From NCBI GenBank assembly GCA_964224285.1, contig CAXQKF010000339.1, positions 1 through 49,044 on the forward strand: a DNA stretch of 49,044 nt, in the 5' to 3' direction. Each line of letters opens with the position of its first letter. Position 1 is the stretch's first letter. The notes beneath the pieces were generated by a model. That model saw only the letters and a list, made by a program, of their open reading frames with translations. It made no database searches and was not told the origin of the DNA. The translations under genes were made by a program, and so were the position numbers. Below are positions 26,564-34,949 of this stretch, piece by piece. This DNA is from Donghicola sp. (GTDB taxonomy: Bacteria; Pseudomonadota; Alphaproteobacteria; Rhodobacterales; Rhodobacteraceae).

Positions 26564-27312
26564 CCGATACTGTGCTTATGGATGTACAAGGGCTAGAGCT
26601 GTCCTTCGGTGGAGTGGTCGTGGCTGCGGGGATTAATTTCCAGATCTACGAAGGACGGAACCTTGCTATTATCGGCCCGAACGGCGCTGGCAAGACGACG
26701 TTCCTGAACATCTGCACCGGATATCTGACGCCCACAGCGGGCCAGATCATGTACAATGGCCGCAACGTCGTCGGTATCGCACCGCGCAAGCTCGTGAAAC
26801 AGGGCGTTGCGCGGGCCTTCCAGATTCCGCAACTGTTTGCAGAGCATTCTGTCCGCGAGAACATTCTGATGGCGGTGTCTGCGGCGGCGCACAGGGCGGC
26901 GCCCCTGACAGCAATGGCCGCAATTCCCGAGGCGGATGAGGCCGAGCGGATTCTGAACATGTTGAAATGCGCCCATATCGCGGACCGGCTCGTTCAGGAG
27001 CTGCCCGAGGGGCAGCGCAAATTGATCGACATCGGTATGGCGCTAGCCCTGAAGCCCAAGCTTTTGTTTTTGGACGAGCCGACCTCGGGTGTCGCCTCGA
27101 CCGAGAAGTTCGCCATTCTGGAAATCATCGCGGACGCATTGGCGCAGGAAAAGGTGACTTCGGTCTTTGTCGAACATGACGAGGGGATCGTTGAACGCTT
27201 TGCCGACGAAGTGGCCGTGTGGAACCGCGGAGAAGTCCTGTTCCGGGGCACTCCGCAGGATATTCTGAGCCATCCGGATGTGATCCGCGATGTGATGGGA
27301 GGGCACGCCTGA
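26560..27312 (+). CDS. Liv-type ABC ATP-binding protein (LivG-like)
   Basis: GPNGAGKTT, RAFQIPQLF, LLFLDEPTSG, VEHD. Confidence 0.92.
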   Translation: MTDTVLMDVQGLELSFGGVVVAAGINFQIYEGRNLAIIGPNGAGKTTFLNICTGYLTPTAGQIMYNGRNVVGIAPRKLVKQGVARAFQIPQLFAEHSVRENILMAVSAAAHRAAPLTAMAAIPEADEAERILNMLKCAHIADRLVQELPEGQRKLIDIGMALALKPKLLFLDEPTSGVASTEKFAILEIIADALAQEKVTSVFVEHDEGIVERFADEVAVWNRGEVLFRGTPQDILSHPDVIRDVMGGHA

Positions 27313-27995
27313 TGCTCGAGTTTGAAAATGTCACTGTCAGCTTGGGCGGTGTCCGTATTCTGCGCGAGGTCTCGTTCCGCATCGCGCAATCCGACACCAT
27401 CGCGCTGATCGGTGCGAATGGCGCGGGCAAAACCACGACCCTGCGCACTGTGATGGGGCATGTGAAATCGACCGGCATGATCCGGTTCGATGGCCAGCCC
27501 CTGTCCCAAGTGCCACCGGCCAAGCGCGCAGGTCTGGGAATTGGGTACGCGCCCGAGGACCGGAAGCTGTTTTCGGCCTTCACAGTGGAAGAGAATATCC
27601 GTTTGCCCGGACAGGTCGCACGCTTGTCTGGCCCCGAGATGGAGCGATCCTTGGGGCGGGTCTATGAAATCTTGCCCGAGCTGAAGGACATGGCGGGCCG
27701 GCCCGCGGGCAGTGTCTCTGGCGGGCAGGGTAAAATGGTTGCCTTGGGGCGGGCTCTGATGATCGGCAAACGTCTGATTATGCTGGACGAGCCGTTTCAG
27801 GGCCTCGCTGCGGCATTGGCCCGCCGATATGCCGAGGCCCTTCGCGCGCTGCGGGACAGAGACCCCGAAGTGACTTTGATCATCACAGAGTCCAATCCCG
27901 CGCTTCTGGAGAAGTTCACCGAGAATGCGCTGGTGATCGAAAGGGGCGAAGTCACCCCCAGAGCATTGAAGGCCCGCCCTGCCGTAAGTGCCTGA
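27312..27995 (+). CDS. Liv-type ABC ATP-binding protein (LivF-like)
   Basis: GANGAGKTT, GYAPEDRKLF, VSGGQ, MLDEP; TGATG coupling at 27310-27314. Confidence 0.92.
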   Translation: MLEFENVTVSLGGVRILREVSFRIAQSDTIALIGANGAGKTTTLRTVMGHVKSTGMIRFDGQPLSQVPPAKRAGLGIGYAPEDRKLFSAFTVEENIRLPGQVARLSGPEMERSLGRVYEILPELKDMAGRPAGSVSGGQGKMVALGRALMIGKRLIMLDEPFQGLAAALARRYAEALRALRDRDPEVTLIITESNPALLEKFTENALVIERGEVTPRALKARPAVSA

Positions 27996-28067
27996 ACGCG
28001 CTACGCGCTCCCCTTTGCTATGGCGTGACGGGGGGCGCTTTTATAGGCCAACCAAGTTGTAACTCCG

Positions 28068-28463
28068 ATGATCGAATTATCCCATATCGACCACATTGTC
28101 CTGACGGTCCGCGACATCGAACGCACCTGTGCGTTCTATCAGCAGGTGCTCGGCTGCGACGTCGTCACCTTTGGGAAAGGGCGCGTGGCACTGGAATTTG
28201 GTGTCCAGAAAATCAACCTGCACCAGTCCGGAAAAGAGTTTGAGCCCAAAGCCGAGTGTCCCACAGCAGGGTCAGCAGACCTGTGTTTTATCGTGCGCAC
28301 CCCCTTCGACGAGGTTCTCAGCATTCTGGATACTTTCAGAGTCGCGGTCGAAGCAGGTCCGGTCGAACGCACAGGTGCGAACGGCCCGATCACCTCGATT
28401 TATGTGCGCGATCCCGATCGTAATCTCATTGAATTGTCGCGTTACCACCTATCCACCATCTGA
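28068..28463 (+). CDS. VOC/glyoxalase family protein (YaeR/GLOD5-like)
   Basis: IDHIVLTV, QKINLH, GSADLCF, GPVERTGA, YVRDPDRNLIELS. Confidence 0.92.
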   Translation: MIELSHIDHIVLTVRDIERTCAFYQQVLGCDVVTFGKGRVALEFGVQKINLHQSGKEFEPKAECPTAGSADLCFIVRTPFDEVLSILDTFRVAVEAGPVERTGANGPITSIYVRDPDRNLIELSRYHLSTI

Positions 28464-28478
28464 CATGGTGAAGGGGCT

Positions 28479-29405
28479 TCAGATGATCTTGCCCTGCCAG
28501 ATTCCCCGCTGCACAAGTTCACGAATGATCCTAAGGGTGACGTCCTCGACCGTGCGGCTGGCGCGGGTGGTGACGCGCTCGTTGTGGCGGACCAGCTGCA
28601 CGGGGCGTGTCAGCACAGGATCGACGATCCGTGTTTGCAGCAACTCGCCCCTTGCGACCTGTGCCTGAGTGGCCGCCGGAGCAAAGATCGCATAGCCGGA
28701 CCCGCGCGCGACCAGTTCGATAATTTGGCGCATGGCGTCCATCTCGATCACGACGTTCAGATCAACACCTTCCTCTACCTCATAGCGGCGAATTGTGCTG
28801 CGTAAACCGCTGGTTGGCAGGATCATGTCGACTTCGGCGAGCCTCTTGAAACTGATAGGCTCGTCCGGCGATGTGTCAAAGGGCCAAGCGTCCGGCGCAG
28901 AGTAGAAAAACAGCTCTTCGTCGATGACGTGGGTGCCCTCGTATCTCTCGATCTCGGGCATATCGTAGATCAGAGCCATGTCCACAGTCCCGTCGTCCAG
29001 CCACGGGGTGAGATAACCGCTGATGGCCTCGACCACCTTGAGGCGCAGATCCGGATATTCGTGCCGGATCGTCTCGGCCAAGGGCACCGACAGCACCATC
29101 GAAGCCGAGGGCGGCATTCCGAATGACACAGTGCCCCGTACAGTATCGCTCATTTCGCGCATGTCCTGAACACACCGGTCAACGTCTGCACAGATCCGGC
29201 GCGCGTGACTGTAGAGCGTTTGGCCCTCTTCGGTCAGCTTGATCCCTCTGGGGGACCGGTCCAGCAGGCGGACGCCAAGCTCTTCTTCCATCTTTTGCAC
29301 GTTTTGGGACAAAGACGGCTGCGCGATCCCCAGAATCTGAGAGGCCACAGAAAGCGAGGGCGCTTCGGCGATCACCAGAAAGTATTTCAGACTGCGTATG
29401 TCCAT
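28479..29405 (-). CDS. LysR-family transcriptional regulator (Nac/TcuR-like)
   Basis: MDIRSLKYFLVIAE...LGIAQPSLSQ...EEELGVRLLDRSPRG; start ATG 29405 (the ORF track extends it to 29468). Confidence 0.93.
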   Translation of the reverse strand: MDIRSLKYFLVIAEAPSLSVASQILGIAQPSLSQNVQKMEEELGVRLLDRSPRGIKLTEEGQTLYSHARRICADVDRCVQDMREMSDTVRGTVSFGMPPSASMVLSVPLAETIRHEYPDLRLKVVEAISGYLTPWLDDGTVDMALIYDMPEIERYEGTHVIDEELFFYSAPDAWPFDTSPDEPISFKRLAEVDMILPTSGLRSTIRRYEVEEGVDLNVVIEMDAMRQIIELVARGSGYAIFAPAATQAQVARGELLQTRIVDPVLTRPVQLVRHNERVTTRASRTVEDVTLRIIRELVQRGIWQGKII

Positions 29406-29475
29406 CTGGTGTCCCCACGCCTGCCGGGTGCCAATGACTTTTGCCCCGTGGCACCCAAGCTCCAACAAACTACAA

Positions 29476-30639
29476 TTAAAACGAACGCGGCAAGCCTAGC
29501 ACATGTTCGGCAATATGGCTGAGGATCAAATTCGTCGAAATGGGCGCGACTTGATAGAGGCGCGTCTCACGGAACTTGCGTTCGACATCATATTCGCACG
29601 CAAACCCGAAGCCACCGTGAAACTGGATACAGGCGTTTGCCGCCTCCCAACTGGCTTTGGCAGCCAGATACTTGGCCATGTTTGCCTCTGCTCCGCAATT
29701 CTGGCCTGCGTCATACAAAGCGCTGGCTTTGCGGCGCATCAGATCGGCGGCTTCGATTTCGATAAAGGCTTCGGCGATCGGGAATTGCACGCCCTGGTTC
29801 TGTCCGATGGGGCGGCCGAACACGGATCGTTCGGAGGTGTATTTCACAACACGGTCGGTGAACCAGTAGCCGTCTCCAATACACTCCGCTGCGATCAGGG
29901 TGCGCTCGGCGTTCAGGCCGGTCAGGATGTATTTGAAGCCTTTGCCCTCTTCTCCGATCAGGTTCTCTTCGGGGATTTCCAGATTGTCAAAGAACAGCTC
30001 GTTGGTTTCGTGGTTCACCATGTTGGCAATGGGCTGCACGCTCATGCCCGATTTCATGGCCTCTTTGATATCCACGAGGAAAATCGACATGCCTTCGGAC
30101 TTCTTTTTGCAGTCCGCCAGCGGCGTCGTTCGCGCCAACAAGATCATCAGGTCGGAATGCTGGACACGGCTGATCCAGACCTTCTGTCCGTTGATGACGT
30201 AGCGGTCCCCTTTCTTGACTGCAGTCGTCTTGAGCTGCGTCGTATCGGTGCCGGTCGTCGGCTCTGTCACGGCCATGGATTGCAACCGCAACTCGCCCGT
30301 TGCCAGTTTCGGCAGAATGCGTTGGCGTTGCTCCTCCGAGCCGTGCCGCACGAGGGTGTTCATATTGTACATCTGGCCGTGACACGCTCCGGAGTTTCCC
30401 CCTGCACGGTTGATTTCCTCCATGATGACCGAGGCCTCGTCCAGCCCCAGACCAGAGCCGCCATATTCCTCGGGGATCAGCGCGGCCATCCAGCCAGCTT
30501 TGGTGAGGGCATCGACGAAAACTTCGGGGTAGGCGCGTTCTTCGTCGATCTTCCGGTGATATTCGTCGGGAAACCCGGCGCATAGGGAACGGATCGCTTC
30601 GCGAATATCCTGATGTTCGTCGGTGCGATGCTGATACAT
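29476..30639 (-). CDS. Acyl-CoA dehydrogenase, methylsuccinyl-CoA dehydrogenase-like (itaconate-cluster type)
   Basis: IPEEYGGSG, QSMAVTEPTTGTD, NGQKVWISR, GLNAER, FGRPIGQNQG, HGGFGF, RLYQVAPISTN; GAGGAG RBS. Confidence 0.93.
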   Translation of the reverse strand: MYQHRTDEHQDIREAIRSLCAGFPDEYHRKIDEERAYPEVFVDALTKAGWMAALIPEEYGGSGLGLDEASVIMEEINRAGGNSGACHGQMYNMNTLVRHGSEEQRQRILPKLATGELRLQSMAVTEPTTGTDTTQLKTTAVKKGDRYVINGQKVWISRVQHSDLMILLARTTPLADCKKKSEGMSIFLVDIKEAMKSGMSVQPIANMVNHETNELFFDNLEIPEENLIGEEGKGFKYILTGLNAERTLIAAECIGDGYWFTDRVVKYTSERSVFGRPIGQNQGVQFPIAEAFIEIEAADLMRRKASALYDAGQNCGAEANMAKYLAAKASWEAANACIQFHGGFGFACEYDVERKFRETRLYQVAPISTNLILSHIAEHVLGLPRSF

Positions 30640-30725
30640 GAAAAGGGCTCCTCGGTTTCACGTCTGGCATGCGCAGTTGTTATGGTCTGGTGGTTATAGG
30701 GCAAATATAAATTACGTATCTCTGT

Positions 30726-30741
30726 TATAGGTGGGGCCTAT
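30726..30741. promoter_or_regulatory. Palindromic LysR box upstream of the acyl-CoA dehydrogenase
   Basis: TATAGGTGGGGCCTAT (ATAGG-N5-CCTAT; ATA-N9-TAT). Confidence 0.7.
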
Positions 30742-30899
30742 GACATTGGTTTCCGTTCGGGTTTGATCTGTTCAGGCGTTTCTCGCCGCGACGTGATGGA
30801 GCAATCACTCCGATGAGCAACGGGCGTTCAGGGCCCGTTGCAGGATCACCGGTGCAAAGGGCAAGCTCGCGGCATCTTTGATTTCGGTGCGTTCTGAGC

Positions 30900-31964
30900 C
30901 TAAGCACCCAGACCTTCGGCCTCCCGAAACTCTGTGGCAAGGGTGGCGACCAGCTCTGCGGCGGGCATTGAACGCGCTTTGGGGGCGCCTTGGCCAGCCC
31001 ACTGCGCTCCGAACCCGCTGTTGCCTGCGGATTTGGCGGCAGCATTCAGGGATTTCAGCGCGTCGTAGGCGGTGGGATAGGGGGGGATGGGGATGGATTG
31101 CGCCTCTGCCCATGTGGTGAACCCATTGACCAGACAGCGGGCAGGGCGGCCAGACAGCGCGGGGGTCATCACCGTTCCGGTCTGTCCGGCATCTGCAAGC
31201 GCCGCACGGTAGCCCGCATCCGCCGCGCTTTCGTCGCATCCGACAAAAGCAGTCCCCATCTGGACAGCGGCCGCGCCCCATCCCAGTGCCTTGTGGATGT
31301 CGGTGCCGTCCATAATCCCGCCAGCGGCAATCACCGGCAAATCAATGTCAGAGACCAGAAGGCGGGTTAGCGTTTCGGTGTCCATCTGTAGATTATCGGC
31401 GTCTGGATCAAAGACTCCCCGATGGCCGCCAGCCTCGAACCCTTGGGCGACGATCGCGTCAATGCCTGCCTTCCGGGCTGCGCGGGCTTCGGGCAGGTTG
31501 GTGGCGGTTGCAAGCAGCCTGCAACCGGCATTTTTCAGAGCGTCGATCCGGTCTTGGTCCGGCAATCCGAAGTGAAAGCTGACCACGGGCGGCGCATGCT
31601 GCAAAAGCACCTGTAGCATCGCGTCGTCATTGGCAAAGCTCTGATAGATGACACGCAATTCCTGCGGCGGGGCCGCGCCGAAACGGGCGAACAAGGGGGC
31701 CATCGCGGCACACCACTCGGTTGCGGCATCGGGGTCTGGAACAGGATCCCGATGGACAAAGAGATTGACGTTGAACGCCTTGGTCGTGGCATCCTGTAGG
31801 GCGCTGATCATCTGGTGGGCGTCGGCGGCTGTACTGGCGCCAACGCCGATGGACCCCAGTGCACCTGCGTTGCTGACCTCTGCCGCCAGTGCGGGGGTGG
31901 CGACCCCCGCCATGGGCGCCTGTATCAACGGTAGCGAGAGGCCGAGGTCAGTCAGAAATGTCAT
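30900..31964 (-). CDS. Nitronate monooxygenase family flavoprotein
   Basis: PLIQAPMAG, NVNLF, VSFHFG, AQGFEAGGHRG, VIAAGGI, QMGTAF, QWAGQ. Confidence 0.92.
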   Translation of the reverse strand: MTFLTDLGLSLPLIQAPMAGVATPALAAEVSNAGALGSIGVGASTAADAHQMISALQDATTKAFNVNLFVHRDPVPDPDAATEWCAAMAPLFARFGAAPPQELRVIYQSFANDDAMLQVLLQHAPPVVSFHFGLPDQDRIDALKNAGCRLLATATNLPEARAARKAGIDAIVAQGFEAGGHRGVFDPDADNLQMDTETLTRLLVSDIDLPVIAAGGIMDGTDIHKALGWGAAAVQMGTAFVGCDESAADAGYRAALADAGQTGTVMTPALSGRPARCLVNGFTTWAEAQSIPIPPYPTAYDALKSLNAAAKSAGNSGFGAQWAGQGAPKARSMPAAELVATLATEFREAEGLGA

Positions 31965-32036
31965 TCACAAGCCTCGCCTGTCGCTGATGTCACTGTGTTA
32001 CCCATCACCTTAGCAGCCAAAACAGTGTTGCCTAGG

Positions 32037-32840
32037 TCAGCGCCCGACATAGCGGGCCGGACTGTCCCCCGTGACCCCTTTGAACATCGCGATAAAGGCC
32101 GAGGCCGTCGCGTATCCCAGATCAAGCGCCACCGCCTCGACGCTCTGACCGTCTTGCATCATGGCCACGGCACGGACGACCCGCAGACGGTTGCGCCAAT
32201 CTGTCAGGGACATCCCTAGATCGCGGGTGCACCGGCGCACCAGGGTCCGTTCGCTCAGGCCAAAGGCGCGGGCCAGCGCGGCGGTGCTGCGCCGGTCCGA
32301 AGGGCAGTCGTGCAGGGCCGCCAGCAGGCGTCGCAACGCAGGGTCATCGCTATCGGGCAGGAAACTGTCCCCTGCTGGACAACAGGCCAGCTGATCGACC
32401 ATGACCCGCAGCAAGCGGTCCTGCTGCGGCGTGCCCTCGTAACGGCTTGTCTCGAGGGTATCGAGGATTGCGCGCACCAAGGGCGTCACTTGCAGGGACG
32501 CGGGCCGTTCGGGCATCGCGCTGCATAATTCCATGTCGATGTAGAACGAGATGTGCACCGACGCCCGCCGGTTGTACCCCACCTGATCAAAGCCCGCCGG
32601 AATCCAGAACCCCATGTGCGGGGGCGCCACCAGCACTTGGCCGCCGGTGCGCAATTCGGTGATCCCGCTGTAGGAATAGACGAACTCGCCCCACTTGTGA
32701 CGCAGCAGGGGATAGGTGCTGTTGTCGGGCATCTGTTCGACCCTGAACCAGACGGGCGCAGGCAAGGTCTTGAGGTCGGGGGATTGGCGCAGACAGGGCG
32801 GATTCATCTTTGGCGGGATCGCGGTATGGGGTGGCGTCAT
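32037..32840 (-). CDS. AraC-family regulator with cupin sensor (NimR-like)
   Basis: HKWGEFVYSYSG, WIP, GLSERTLVR, WRNRLR, LGYATASAFIAMFK; start uncertain (32840 or 32807). Confidence 0.88.
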   Translation of the reverse strand: MTPPHTAIPPKMNPPCLRQSPDLKTLPAPVWFRVEQMPDNSTYPLLRHKWGEFVYSYSGITELRTGGQVLVAPPHMGFWIPAGFDQVGYNRRASVHISFYIDMELCSAMPERPASLQVTPLVRAILDTLETSRYEGTPQQDRLLRVMVDQLACCPAGDSFLPDSDDPALRRLLAALHDCPSDRRSTAALARAFGLSERTLVRRCTRDLGMSLTDWRNRLRVVRAVAMMQDGQSVEAVALDLGYATASAFIAMFKGVTGDSPARYVGR

Positions 32841-32905
32841 CTCGATATATGCCAGATCAGCGCCAGACGTAAAAGAGGCCAAGACGACAACCCTTGGTGA
32901 GATTC

Positions 32906-33859
32906 ATGAAACGACCGATCGACCTGACGGCCCTTGGGCTGATGACCTTTCTTTGCCTGATGTGGGGTCTACAGCAAAGCGCGATGAAGCTGGCAGCACC
33001 GGCCTTTGACCCCATGCTGCAGATCGGGATCAGGTCGTCCATCGCGGCGATCTTGGTGTTCAGCCTGAGCCGGTTTGCCTTCCGGAATCGCTGGGAAAAG
33101 GGGCTGTTTTTCGGGCCGGGGATGCTGGCAGGCGGGCTGTTCGCCGCGGAATTCTTGCTGGTGGCAGAGGGGCTGCACTGGACGACGGCCTCTCATATGG
33201 CGGTGTTTCTTTATACCGCGCCGATCTTTGCCGCGATCGGGCTGCATCTGGCCCAAGAAGACGAGCGCCTCTCGCCGTTCCAGTGGGGTGGTGTGGCTGT
33301 GACATTTGCCGGAGTCGCCGCGATTTTCCTGCTGCCCGAGTTGCAGGGCGGCGCTGGGATGAGCGCCTCGATGCTGATCGGTGATCTGTTGGGGCTGGCT
33401 GCGGGGCTGAGTTGGGGTCTGACCACGGTGGTCATCCGCACCTCGCGTCTGGCTAATGCCCCCGCCGCTCAGACCCTGAGCTATCAGTTGGTGATCGCAG
33501 GCATCGCGGCATTGGTGTTTTGCGCGCTGACGGGCCGGATGCAGGTTGATCCGCGCCCCGCCGATCTGGTGAATCTGGGGCTTCAGGCAACGCTGCTGTG
33601 CACCGTCAGCTTTCTGATCTGGTTCCGGCTCTTGCAGATCTATCCGTCCTCGCGGCTGGGAGTCCTGAGCTTTATGACCCCTGTGTTCGGGGTCGCGGCG
33701 GGGGCGATCCTGTTGGATGAGCCGCTTAGCCCAGAGTTTCTACTGGGTGGGGCGCTGGTTCTGACGGGGATGATCATGGTCCAGGCCCAGGATTTGCTGA
33801 CGGCCCGAGCCCGCCGCGCTGCGTGCTGCCTGCCTGATTGCGCCCCTACGGCTGAATAG
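32906..33859 (+). CDS. DMT (EamA) family transporter
   Basis: About ten hydrophobic segments; WGLQQ, FLYTAPIF, SFMTPVFG, LLDE; divergent from the AraC gene. Confidence 0.9.
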   Translation: MKRPIDLTALGLMTFLCLMWGLQQSAMKLAAPAFDPMLQIGIRSSIAAILVFSLSRFAFRNRWEKGLFFGPGMLAGGLFAAEFLLVAEGLHWTTASHMAVFLYTAPIFAAIGLHLAQEDERLSPFQWGGVAVTFAGVAAIFLLPELQGGAGMSASMLIGDLLGLAAGLSWGLTTVVIRTSRLANAPAAQTLSYQLVIAGIAALVFCALTGRMQVDPRPADLVNLGLQATLLCTVSFLIWFRLLQIYPSSRLGVLSFMTPVFGVAAGAILLDEPLSPEFLLGGALVLTGMIMVQAQDLLTARARRAACCLPDCAPTAE

Positions 33860-34820
33860 AGCCGAGCCAGGCGCTGGGGCTGGTGCCCACCACGCGCAGG
33901 AACTCCCGGTTAAAGTTCGACTTGGTGTTGAACCCCGACAGTAGCATCGCGCCTGTGACCGTTTCGCCGCGCAGCATGGCGGCCTGCGCGGCCGCGATCC
34001 GGGCCTGGTTCACGAAGCGCGAGACATTCCCGCCCGTCGCCAGATTGATGGTCGAGGACAGGGCCTTTGCAGGTACCCCCAGTTTTCGCGCCAGTCGGGA
34101 TAGGGTCAGATCGGGGTCCAGATAGGGCTGATAGTCGGTCATGTAGGCTTGGACTCTGGCCCAGAGTTCCGCATCAGGCTCGGGCTGCTCTGTGGGTTCA
34201 GGGGGGGTGGCGTCCTGCTGTGTTTGCACGTGTGGCGAGGCACCGAGTACCCCGATCACCAGAAAATTGCCGACCGAAAAGATGCTGATGATCCACGGGC
34301 GCAGGGCCGGATACCCCGCGATTTGCGTGCCCAAGATCAAGGCGTCGCTCAGAGCTGATGCGATCAGTGCGCCGCCGATCACGACCCAGATCCGCGCGGG
34401 CAGATCGCCGCTGGACAGAAGCGTGTCGGGTTGGGTGTCCGCGCCCGATCTGGCTGCCATCAGGATCATGACGCCATAGCCTGCAAACAGCAGCGGGAGG
34501 AGGATATCGAGCATCGCCGGTGCGACGGCAACCGCCGCGATCACAGTCACCGGTCCAATGGCATGGACCCAGTCCGACCGTTTTGCCCGCCCTTGGTATG
34601 CGAACCAAGCGACCGGCGGGATGAACGAAGCGAACACCGGCTGCACTTGCCGCATGCCCCACACGCCGTAGTGTTGGCTCAGCGCGACAACCAGCGACTG
34701 CACCGCGCACAGGCCAAGCAGCACCACCATCAATCCGGCCCGCGTTTGCCTATGCCAGAGCCGGAAGCTCGCGAAAGCCAGCACGCAGGCCACAAAGACA
34801 GGAATGGGAAAGGTAGGCAT
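33846..34820 (-). CDS. Membrane-anchored AraC-family regulator
   Basis: Hydrophobic multi-TM N-terminus; PYLDPDLTLSRLARKLG, FVNQARI, SGFNTKSNFNREF. Confidence 0.88.
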   Translation of the reverse strand: MPTFPIPVFVACVLAFASFRLWHRQTRAGLMVVLLGLCAVQSLVVALSQHYGVWGMRQVQPVFASFIPPVAWFAYQGRAKRSDWVHAIGPVTVIAAVAVAPAMLDILLPLLFAGYGVMILMAARSGADTQPDTLLSSGDLPARIWVVIGGALIASALSDALILGTQIAGYPALRPWIISIFSVGNFLVIGVLGASPHVQTQQDATPPEPTEQPEPDAELWARVQAYMTDYQPYLDPDLTLSRLARKLGVPAKALSSTINLATGGNVSRFVNQARIAAAQAAMLRGETVTGAMLLSGFNTKSNFNREFLRVVGTSPSAWLGSIQP

Positions 34821-34854
34821 GACAGAAACACTCTAGGGTTGAACGGACGCTAGT

Positions 34855-34893
34855 CCTAGAACCGGATCATGTCGACCTAAATCCGGATTTAGG
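34855..34893. promoter_or_regulatory. Putative AraC operator (21-bp-spaced direct repeat plus palindrome)
   Basis: CCTAGAACCGGAT (34855) and CCTAAATCCGGAT (34876); the second lies within the perfect palindrome CCTAAATCCGGATTTAGG. Confidence 0.5.
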
Positions 34894-34949
34894 ACGCCAG
34901 AAGAAAGGCTTGGGCCCATACCAGAGACAGTTCCAACCTTTTCGGAGAA

